This document shows, piece by piece, positions 26,353 through 37,142 of a stretch of 64,000 nucleotides of DNA. Positions within the stretch are counted from its first letter, which is position 1. The number at the start of each line of letters is the position of its first letter. The position numbers and the translations under genes are program-made. This stretch comes from Nymphaea colorata (taxonomy: Eukaryota), in the NCBI RefSeq assembly GCF_008831285.2, contig NC_045138.2, positions 23,994,001 through 24,058,000 of the forward strand, in the 5' to 3' direction. Below the pieces are notes generated by a model that did not search any database, was not told where the DNA came from, and saw only the letters and a program-made list of their open reading frames with translations.

Positions 26353-26641
26353 ATGGACTACGGGCTTTACAGCAGCAGCAGCAACAGCATCGGCAGCGGC
26401 AGCGGCGACGGCAGCAGCCTGTTTGAATTTTCCGACGGCCCAGTCAACTATCCCTTCTCCCCACAGCCTTTCCTTAACCCAAAGCAGCCGGAGGAAAACG
26501 GCTACTTAGGGTTTCAGGTGAATGGTGACTGCAGCGCTGCATGGACTTACCCTCCTCAAGATATCATGCAACAGAACCCTTCTGTGATCGACCAATCTTC
26601 CGTCACAGATCAAGGTTTGTATCCTAAAACATGTAACACGG

Positions 26642-26703
<62 letters not shown>

Positions 26704-27864
26704 TCTCCTTCCTTTTTGTCATTCTGTCTCATATCATCATTTAGATTCACCTTCTTCGCAATACATGTAATTCTAAGATCGAAGACGCTTGCAGATTGGT
26801 ACGTTGAGGATTTGCAGCCATTTGCAAACCCTAATGGCGCCACCGATATCATGGATATAACCAATCAATTTTCGACTGAAAATCCATCGTTGGAGGACTT
26901 CTTCAGCAGTGGGAACACGCTGGGAAGCGCCATCGAATATCACAATGAATATTTTGGATTGGTTCCTCCTCCTATTTCCAGTCTTCCGGTTGCAGACACC
27001 CATAAAACGCCTGATCTTCAGTCGCTGACTTTGTCCGGCCGTCCGGAAAATCCTTCGGCAGTGGTGACGAAGGTCAAAGATCCCACTCCAATTACTTCGT
27101 CCGGTGAGGGGGCGGCATCAGGGAAGACCATCAACATCTTCGGCCCGAGAACTTCCATTTATCGAGGAGTGACTAAGTATGTATGATCTATCCATCCCTT
27201 GAGGAACTTAGTTAGAAATCACAAGATTTGGACGAAGTGATTGAATTCCTTTCCTTCACTTGGTGCTTTTTTTTGAATTATAGGACTGTTATTTAGAGAT
27301 AAATTGAGCGAGCAGGACTTATGTTCCTCTTTGTGAGCGATTGATGCAGGCATAAATGGACAGGGAGGTATGAAGCACATCTTTGGGACAACACTTGCAG
27401 GAGGGAGGGTCACACGAGGAAAGGGAAGCAAGGTTGCCCTTCTTTTGTTATTTTCGTCGTCCAAGCCTTGAGTTTTTTTTCTTGTTAGGATTGATTTCTT
27501 TTCTTACGGTTCATACGGCTGACTATGTGCCTTGTTTTTTTGTTTTTTTCCACCTGTGTGCATGTGGCGGAATTTGGTGTCTGACCTCCTTCTGGCTTGC
27601 AGTTTACTTAGGTGAGTGAAGGTGGTGGATTATTTGAAGTTAACGGAGCCTCCTCTTGTGCAGGAATTTCTCTAATTCATCTGAAAATTGTTTCAAAAGA
27701 AGCATATGTACAGTTCCTGATTAACCTAACCCGGGAGATTGTTTCAAAAGAAGCATATGTACAGTTCCTGATTAACCTAACCCGGGAGCCTACTCCTGTC
27801 AGGCATAATATGTGTGTGTGCATACGAGCATGTCAGGCATAATATGTGTGTGTGCATACGAGCA

Positions 27865-27907
<43 letters not shown>

Positions 27908-30900
27908 CAGAGAGAGAGAGAACATTAAGCTGGTAGAAGAAGAGTTGAAGTATCACCTCTCTTTTCTTCACACTCAGTGTTCAAATCAAGGCAACTTTAA
28001 GACCTGGGTAGATTTATGATACATCCATCCACTGTCACACTTGTCACCCTTTACAGTATAAGAAAGAAAGAGGGGAAGACAGAGAAAGAGGGAACATTAA
28101 GCCCGAAGGAAGAAGAGAGAGAGAGAGAAGTTGCTTGAAAAATGGTTGAAATGCTCCCTCTTGTCTCTCCACCTTCCAAGTTGAGGATTGCTTCAAGACC
28201 CACATGAACCTATTGTACACTTGTCAAATAAATTATCACACTTGCCGTCCTTTATAAAGAGAGAGAGAGAGAGAGCATTAAGATGCGTGAAGAAGGGTTG
28301 AGGTGTCCTCTCTCTTTCCTCTATCCTCAGGGTTTAGAACTGTCTCAAGACCTACTTGGACTCATGGTACATCTATCAAATAGAGTGTTAAACTTGCCAC
28401 CCTTTATAGCACAAGGAAAAGAGAGAGAGACAGAGAGAAGCTATGTCAGGATATAAAGGTTCCCTCGTATTCTTGAAAGTCATTCTAATTTTTGAAATTC
28501 GTCCCAATTTTTAAGTTCATAGCTGCTTATTGTTTCAATCATATTCTTACATTTTTGAAATTCATTGTTTAAATTCATATTCATGAAATTCATTCCTATT
28601 CTTAAACATAGCTGCTTATCATTTCAATCAAGAAAGAATGTACAAATAAATTTATCACTATTCATAAGGAGTCAGCAATTTACGTCATTATAATACAATA
28701 CAGTACGTAAACTCTTCCATAGACGTAAAAACACAAACGAGCACAAATTTTTAAATGAAAACCCATATTTCTTATTTCAAAAACATGACTTACCATGAAG
28801 CTATCAGCTACTCGTGCACCCACCGCCATAGTTTCAATGTGATTTTCCCGGCCTAAAGAGAACATAGACGAGAGGCAGAGCCACATATGGATTGGTGTGA
28901 GCCCTTCAATGTTTTTTTTTTTAATTTCTATATTAATATTTTCAAATATTTGTAAGGTTATATACATAGTGTCCTTTTAAATATAAAAATATGTGAACGA
29001 GTGCCCTTCCAAAAATTATTTTTTTGCTCCTTAACTGACATGGACGTATTGATATTGCAGCTTTTAGCAAACATTGGGCTGCAAGTTTTGTAAATCATTC
29101 TTTGCTTTTGTTTTCTGATTTCACCGCGCCTAGTGACTATCATGAATCCATTTTAATGTAAGCAAAAATCAGGGGGACGTGACGTACCGGTCGACGGGAA
29201 ATGAAACGTCGCTCTAAAACATGGTCACTTAAGCTTTCACTGACTTATCGTGCAACGTCCCCTCTCACCGCCGACTACCCACCAAAAAATTCAAAAAAAA
29301 AAAAATCAAAGGCTGGGATAAAAGATAGATGTTAAGCAGAAGCATTGTTCTCTTGGAATAGATTGTTCCTACTCTTTCCGCTGTTCTTCTGTTCTGAAAT
29401 TCTTGAATTAAGAAAAAAAGATCAAGGCTTGAGTAAAAGATAGACGTTAAGTAGAAGCATTCTTCTCTTGGTAGTTGGTACAGATTGTTCTTATTCTTTC
29501 GGCTGTTCTTCTGTTCTGAAATTCTTGAGTTAAAAAAAAAAATGTGCAGGCGGTTATGACAAGGAAGAAAAAGCAGCGAGGGCTTATGATTTGGCTGCTC
29601 TGAAGTACTGGGGGACAGATACGGTTACAAACTTTCCTGTAATATGCCCGTTTCTCCTTCTTGTTCACAGCCTTTTCTCGTTAACTGATCAGCACTTTGT
29701 TTTAGTTTGCACTATTCGATTCTTAGGCGTTTGCGTCTTTAATTTTTCCAGGCCGCAACCTACGTGAGTGAACTGAAGGAAATGAGGAACATGTCCAAGC
29801 AGGAGTACATCGCCTCCCTGAGAAGGTAGGTGGCGAGCTTCTCCCGGCCACCCTTGTTGTACTATCTTTTCCACACACACACACACATATATAGACCAAA
29901 TCCGTTATTTTTTTGGTAAAAAAATTAAATGAAATACAAACATCTTATATTTTTAAAAACTATTTTCATTTAAAACATGTTTTTGTTCAAGCTGTTTTTA
30001 TATGAAAAAGGTGGTTTTTTCATTATCAACATGTTGATGTTATGAGAACCATTCATTTTGCTTATTATGAAAACACTATTAAAATAAAAAAGTGGCCGAC
30101 TTAATATATGTTTTGTTTCAACTTATTCTTAAAGTCATGTTGGCCAAGTTAGTTTGCAAAAAAAAGCACCTTAAAAATCACATTTAAATTATCTGATTTT
30201 TTGTCCCTGTCCTAAAGGTCAGGTTTCTACCAATTTCCTTACATATATATAACAGTGACTACATATGAAAAAGCAGTCTAGTTTATGTTTGGGCGGCATG
30301 TAGAATATTCAACACCATACGAAAAACAATCGCCACTATATGTTTGGAAAAGAAATAACCACGAAAATAGGATTTTATAAGAGCTGCAAGAATTTATGTG
30401 TTTACTAAAGCAGATTTAAGCTTCAAATAATTCTCATAACTTTTCTTTGTTCATATATTCGTTGGACACTATGCGTCTAACTACATGTTTAGGTTAATTT
30501 AGAGAAACAGAAAAAATACATGTCAGACCATTAGGTAAAAGTTTTGCACAAATATAAAATTGGTTGTTTATTTGGTTTCATTTGTTGCCAATAAAAATTT
30601 GAACGATACTTCTATAATTAAAATTATAGCTTCTTAAACATGACTGTGAACATTTTATACCAAAGGATCAACTTACCTGCCCCACACAAAAGCTTAGACA
30701 TATGTAGGTGTAGTTGGTTGGCACGCACACACATACACATATGTATGTGAGCCATCCTGATGGCTTACAACATGTTATATCAAGAAAAATTTTATTGATT
30801 TAGTGGATTATAGTTTATGTGATCAAATTGATCACTCTCATAAATTAATTTAATAGTTTTTACTCTAATCAACAAATTGAATCTGAATTATGCGGTTTTA

Positions 30901-33900
30901 ACGACCCTAACCAATATATCTGCACATATCTATTCTGCTTTTAACTTTCAATAACGAGAAAGAGACACAGTGGTCAGGGTTATCATGTTATATGTCTTAC
31001 ATAACGTAAGATATGCCAGACCACTTGGATCTGGAATAGAACAAGACAACTTAAATCTTGTTAAAAATTATTATAAACAAAATATAAACAAGATAGCATG
31101 TTTAGGAATGCTAGTTTACATCATATTATGTTTTAATTCGGGCTGTTTTTCGTAATTTTTTTATTTTATACAATAAAAAAAATTGTTGTTATAAGAGTAC
31201 CGGGCTTAGTGTATTATTTTAATTATTAAAACAGTGTTATTAAATAGGCATATGCAGTATGCATCGTGATGTGAAGCGTATTTGTTGGATCATTTTCAAG
31301 CCAAAATGCTTATAGTCTTTACAGAAATAATCATGTAATACTATTTAAGATTGTTAGATTGTTTTTTTCCAACAAACATGCATGTTCGCCATGCTTTGCA
31401 TTTCATATTTCTTCCATTTTTTGGTTTGTTATCAATGTGTTTGTGTGATAAATTATTATACTTGAGTTGTGAAATGGCGTTTTCTTGATTATTACCTAAA
31501 TATATATGCAGTTAATCGTTCAAGTTTAAAGATTTTGTTTATTTTATTTGATTATGCAATTGAACTATGTTAAGATGAATTTTTTTTCCACGTAGAAGGT
31601 ATGGTTAGGTGAGGTAATGGATCTGACAAGATTTTTTTTGCACTTAAAAGGTATTGCTATGACAGGTTGATTTGGGAATGACTCTATGTATGTTGGTTGG
31701 TTCGTGATTGTGGATACGACTTGCCGTATTTTGTATTTATAAATATAATTTGATTGTGTTCAATCACTAGCAAGATTACATCTATAATATTGGACTACAC
31801 ATAAAGTATTCAGATAATCTATTTAAAAAGTTTCGTACGTGTGTGTGTGTGTGTGTGCATGTCCATGAGCGTGTGTTTGTCTGTTTGCGCATATGTGTGT
31901 GTGTGTCCATCTGTGTGTGTGCGTGCATGTCCATGAGCGTGTGTTTGTCTGTTTGCGCATATGTGTGCGTGTGCATGTCCATGTGTGTCTATGTCATGTG
32001 TCTTTGTGCGCGTAGAGAGAGAGAGAGAGAGAGAGTGTGTTGACGTGGTTGTTTCTCTCTGCGGCAGAAATAGCACTGGATTTTCAAGGGGTGTATCAAT
32101 ATATCGTGGGGTGACAAGGCAAGACGATGTCTTTATAATTTTTTCTTTGGTTTGATCGTAGCTTTGCTTTGAAAGAACTTTGAACACATCACACCTTTTG
32201 TGTCCAGGCATCATCAAAACGGAAAATGGCAGTCTAGAATCGGAAGAATATCTGGCAACAAAGATCTCTACTTAGGCAGTTTCTGTAAGTTCCTACCGAT
32301 CCTTGCATTTTACTTCAAAAAAGTTCTTACGTACATTGATAAGTAATCAAGTATGGATTTTTTTCCACTCCTCTAAAAAAGCAGCTCGCTTCCTGGTGAT
32401 CACGAAGTTGTGCACTTCCAAGAGAATGATAAACTTATTAGTTTGCAAATCCTTTAAAATGAATTGGAAATGCTTTGCACCTAATAGTTACTAATTATAT
32501 GTGCAGACATTGTTGTTTCATTTTTATTGATTATTTTTAACAGTTATAAAAGTTGGCATGCACTTTAGTTCATGTTTTGTAACAATATAAGTCTATCTAC
32601 GCTCTCATGATTCCCTTAGGGTTGTTTGATGAGGCCGAATTGTGGAATTAATATCCTCATTTTTTATGAAATGGGAATTGTATTATCAACTAAAAAATTT
32701 TGATTCTGAAACTATAGGCTCAATTTTGAATCGGAATTGTAGAATTGTGATTCTATCTTAGAGGTAGAATTATGATTTCAGAATTTTAGAACTTTTTTCA
32801 TCAGTCTTTAGGGCACATGTTATGGTGGTTTTAATTCTATCAATTTTAACATTTTAATTAATGTTTTATCAAATAGATAAATTTTAATTTTGTATTCAAA
32901 ATTTCAAATTATCAAACACAAAAAAAAAATAAAACTGGATTTTTCATTTCAATTCCAGTTTGAGGTGGAATTTTGTTTTTAAAATTTCAATTCTACAATC
33001 AAATTTCAGTGCCATCAAACACCCCCTCATAATTTTCTTAAGGAATCGTAGAAGTTTAAACTTATAAGACGGTCCAAATAACAAGATTTACGGAGAAAAA
33101 TGATTGAAAGAGAGACCCTAACAAAGATGGTCCTTTATGCATTATATAGCTTCAGAAGAGGAAGCAGCAGAGGCCTACGACATTGCTGCCATAAGGTATA
33201 AAGGACTAAATGCTGTCACCAACTTTGACATGAGTAAGTACGACGTGGAAGGCATCCTCAGGAGCACCAATTTGCCCTCTGGATTTGAATTAAGGCGCTA
33301 CGTGATGAAGAAAACCCAACGCCCACTTGGTGCAACAACAGTAAGAGAAGCACCATCAGCACCAGCACCACCAACAGCAGCAGCACCGCCACTGCCGCCA
33401 CCACCAACACAAGGCCTAGACTGTCTTAAGCCTACCTCTCAACAAATGAACCCTATTTTTCCTGCCAATCTATCACCAGACTATGCTGGTCGCCTTGATC
33501 AGAAGTACCAAGAGAGCTATCCTGGACTCTGGCCCCTCATGGAAACCAGCTACCAGCCTCAACCTCCACCTTATGCTTTCTCGACTGCAACTCCCCAGCT
33601 CCAGTACAACGAGATGGCCATGCAGCCTTCGTCCCAGCCAATTTTTCCATCATCTGCAATGTATTTTTCAGGAGTCATGTCAAGCTATAATATGATGACC
33701 GGATCGTCGAATGCGTCAGTGAACATGGCGGGACTCGGTGATTATTATTATCAGACAGCTGATCTTTCAGGAAGCCAGAATTACGCGCCGGTGCCTGAGC
33801 TTAATTGGGACCTCGCCGGAGAGTATGGCAGTTGGCCGGCAGGTGGGGAGCGCGGGTCTACTAGCAACCTTGGAGCATTCTTCCTCAATAACATTTTACC

Positions 33901-33919
33901 TAACAGCGCAGCAGTGTAG
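26353..33919 (+). CDS. AP2-family transcription factor, euANT/AINTEGUMENTA-like (AIL/PLT/BBM group), two AP2 domains, 9 exons, 598 aa
   Basis: Exons 26353-26614, 26795-27176, 27350-27432, 27603-27611, 29550-29638, 29752-29825, 32068-32118, 32208-32284 and 33150-33919 total 1797 nt and stay open. Motifs: [72 protein letters not shown], linker [17 protein letters not shown], and [40 protein letters not shown]. Orthologue cannot be assigned by eye. Confidence 0.93.
27603..27611 (+). other. 9-nt VYL microexon of AP2 domain 1
   Basis: TTGCAG|TTTACTTAG|GTGAGT restores KQ-VYL-GGYD; this microexon is well known in two-domain AP2 genes. Confidence 0.95.
27687..28440. repeat. Cluster of intronic tandem duplications in AP2 intron 4
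   Basis: Exact 51-bp x2 (27687-27788), exact 34-bp x2 (27797-27864), (TA)n, then about three degenerate ~170-bp units (27908-28440). Confidence 0.85.
29305..29542. repeat. Tandem duplication (~117 bp) directly upstream of the exon 5 acceptor
   Basis: ATCAA(A)GGCT..TAAAAGATAGA.GTTAAG.AGAAGCATT..GTTCTGAAATTCTTGA.TTAA(A)n occurs twice. Confidence 0.85.
32619..33026. mobile_element. Tourist-like (PIF/Harbinger) MITE in AP2 intron 8
   Basis: Imperfect TIRs GGGTTGTTTGATG / CATCAAACACCCCC with 3-bp flanks TTA/TCA. The paralogous copy at about 35260-35283 shows the empty site. Confidence 0.85.
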
Positions 33920-34669
33920 GGGGGATCTTGCTTGCTCTTGCGTTATTTTCGGATGCATAAACATTTGAGTTTGGCTTTCTTTAGGGGATAACAGAAGAGA
34001 ACTGCTTTTTGTTTGGTTGTTGAGTTATAATTTATGTCTTGTCTTGTGCGACAGACTGAGATTGTGTACATTTTGGTGTTTTTGTGTTTAGTCTTTGTTT
34101 TTAGTGTGGTGTGATTCAGTGCCTATGAGTTTGGCTTTTTTAGGAAAAAGGATCTGTTTTCTGTTTGGTTGTTGATTTATAACTCCTCATTTTGTGGAAA
34201 CCAAAACAATTATATAATGTCTTGTCTTGACAAACGGATTATGTACACACTCTCATGCGAAAAATAGTATACGTGATTGTGCAATGACCAAAATATTTAT
34301 ATTTAAAATGAAGAAGAATTTTGGCTTTTTTCGAAAATAGCCAACCACCGCTCTTCCTTTCTTTGGTGTACATATTTATGCGTATTTATGCGTGAACAAC
34401 ATGCAACTTGATTTCCTCGTGAGATTGTATGAAATTATTTGAACTTTGGTGTTATTTTAACATTTCTACCGTGAAGCTTACGCGTTGATTCCTTGATGCC
34501 TGCACCTATATTTATAATGTCTGACGACTTATATGATAATCTATTTTAAGAAGTTTACTTTTGTGTCTGACCTAAGTTGTCATATTATATTTATTATATT
34601 TGTGTGTGTGTATATATGTGTTTGCGTGTTTGTGTCATGTCCGTGTGTGCGTTTATATGTCCACGCGTG

Positions 34670-35285
34670 TGTTCTGCGACAGAAAGAGCCCCGGATTTGC
34701 AAGACGGTAAGACGCTGTCTATTTTTTTGTTTAATTTGATTGTATCTTTGTTTTGAAAAGTTTGAACCCATCACCAGTCATGGATTCAGAAATTTTTAGT
34801 TGAAGGGCATTTTAAGTTTAAATTTTAAACTTAAAATGTCCTTCACTTATTTCACGTCTAGGCATCATAGAACGGAAAATGGTGACCGGTAGAATATCTG
34901 GAAACAAATATCTCTGCGTAGGCAGCTAATTCAGTAAGTTCCCACCGATCTTTCTTTTTACTTCATAAGTTCTTACGTACTGATAATTAATTAATCAAGC
35001 ATAATTTTTTTCACTCCAATGAAAGAAAAAAGCTGCTTGCATCTTTGAGACCACGAAGTTGCGCATTTCCAAGAGAATGGTAAATTTATTTGTTTGGAAA
35101 TTGTTAACAGTGAATTATAAATGCTTTGCACCGAATAATCACATATCATATGTGCAGACGTTGTTGTTTCGATTTTATTCATTATTTTTAGCGATTATAA
35201 AAGTTGACATGCACTTTAGTTCATGATTTTGTCGTTCCAATACAAATCTATCAACGTTCTCATGATTCTCATAATTTCCTTAAAG
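34670..35285 (+). pseudogene. Decayed downstream partial duplicate of the AP2 gene (exons 7-8 and flanking introns)
   Basis: GACAG|AAAGAGCCCCGGATTTGCAAGA (RKSPGFAR, truncated). CTAG|GCATCATAGAACGGAAAATGG..AGAATATCTGGAAACAAA..|GTAAGTTCC with a stop and indels. Following intron is colinear with 32285-32615. Confidence 0.88.
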
Positions 35286-36016
35286 CTGAATCCATGATAA
35301 AGTAGTCAATTGTAGAAGACCACACCTTAGAGAAATCAAAGATCTAATAATCAGAATTCAAATAAGCTTAATGAATGATCAAATAACCAGCTCAAATGGC
35401 AACACAACAGAATTTTCATCTGTAAGTACATACTAATATTGGTAGAGATAAAAAAAAATTAAGGCAAATTGGTGAATCTAAAATTTGTCCATGATAAGGG
35501 CATTATTGCTTTAATCCCGCTTTCCCATATTTTGAACAAGGAACCTGTGGTAGAATAAGATTCTATATTTTGATGAACAGGGAAAAACAACATCCACATG
35601 GATTTTTCACTTTAACTAGGGAAGAAAACATATGCCTACGTCACATGTTATTCCGATACAACACCAAATTAACATCACTTGGTTTGCTAGTATCCAAGTA
35701 AAAAAGATGCCTTCTTGGTATTCTTGGTATGGCTGGAGACTTATATTTCAAACTTACTCCACATAATTGTACCTGTAAACAATAATTACACCAATTACTG
35801 GGCAACAAATAGAGCTCTTTCCAAAAACTGAAGATTCCTGTAATACATTATCATATTAAATTATTAATAGCATGTGGAAGAAAGCGTGAAGCTACATATG
35901 AAAATCAAATTTCACTTCTTCATCTCATTGATTCCTTCCCTCAATCCTCCTCCTCCTCCATTTCTGATTCTTTGCTCTTCCCTCAAAACCAAAATCCTAC
36001 TGCCCAACTCCCTGTA

Positions 36017-36639
36017 ATGGCGTCTCACTGCTTCTCCAGAGTCCGTTACCTCCATTCCCTTCAAAGCGCGCTCTTATACTCACACCCAAACCCCTTCCGG
36101 ACCCCTCTGATTCCCTCCCCTTTACCCGCCAGGGAAACCTCCTCCTTCTCCCGCCTCCGCCGCCAAGCACCTGCATTTTCAAAAGTGCGTTTTTCTCCCA
36201 TTCGTCCTCCGCGAGCATCTCTAATGAAGATGCGGTTTATTTGGAAGCGGAAGATGGGAAGATCGTGAGCAGTGAGGCCACGCCAGAGGGTGGCAAGAAA
36301 CGCTTGGCGGAGATGTTCAAAAGCCGCTGAACGGCCTGTTCAGTTCCCGAGAACAGGAAGCTCAGACAGAATGGTTCCCGACCGTGGGGACAAAAGAAAC
36401 CGATGGATCAGTTGCGCAGTAATATAATGGTTGGTTTGAGTCGTAAATCTGAGGAGAGCAAGGACTCGGAAAGGGAGGGGGAGGAGGAGGAGGGATTGAA
36501 GGAAGGAATTGTTGAGATGAAGGAAAATCTTTCGCGCACTGGAGCAGACTCTGAAGAAATCGACGAAGAAGCCTGTTCAAATTTAGAGAGGAAACCTTGC
36601 ATATTGTGTAGTTCACATTTAGGTGGCAGTAGGCTTTGA
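36017..36639 (+). pseudogene. Decayed first exon of an unidentified, probably organelle-targeted protein
   Basis: CT-rich leader, then MASHCFSRVRYLHSLQSALLYSHPNPFR (S/R/P-rich, transit-peptide-like), then acidic segments in shifted frames with stops. Family not recognised. Confidence 0.45.
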
Positions 36640-36662
36640 TCGGCTCGTGGGGAGCGAAGGGT

Positions 36663-36870
36663 ATGGTGTCATTTCCAGACGAGATCGTGGACGCATATTC
36701 AGCTTCACTTTCGGCCACCGTGATGGGAATTCCCCATTTTGCAGATTTCAATCTGGTTCCCCATGATTGGGGAGGCCAAGTATATATACCCATTGATTGA
36801 GGCCATGGTGAAGAGCAACCGGTGGCTGGAGGAGATTCGATTGAAGAGGACGGTGGTTTCCGATGACAGC
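36663..36870 (+). pseudogene. AFB-like: TIR1/AFB auxin-receptor F-box fragment (AFB2/3-like N-terminus with the F-box deleted)
   Basis: MVSFPDEIV joined almost directly to GIPHFADFNLVPHDWGGQV, then a frameshift in a TA run, then LIEAMVKSNRWLEEIRLKRTVVSDDS. Confidence 0.88.
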
Positions 36871-37142
36871 CATTCTTCAGGTAATGTTGTGGGTGAGGCT
36901 AGCTGTTGTAGAAGTTAGCAGTTGATAGCATTTCTGTATTCCTGGATAACTTTGAAGTATATATTTGTTTTTGGATTCTTCATGCAGAATTTTTGTCTCC
37001 CGTTTACAAATAAACATGGCAGTGAAAATGACATAAATTCTTCTAAATGTTCAATCTATAGATGGTACAGTAAGAAATCTTGTTGAAGATTCCATTAGGG
37101 AATTTCAGGCATTTCTCTTATCTTTATCTGCAGAGGTGGCTA

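Noticed and set aside
27687..28440. Repeat arrays as CRISPR-like structures
   Set aside because: Eukaryotic intron; head-to-tail duplications with no unique spacers and no cas genes.
31782..32217. ORFs over the (GT)-rich repeats in AP2 intron 6
   Set aside because: Microsatellite-derived low-complexity frames.
26353..33919. Naming the gene BABY BOOM, ANT or WRINKLED1
   Set aside because: The bbm-1 motif is absent and the residues are mixed; a phylogeny is needed.
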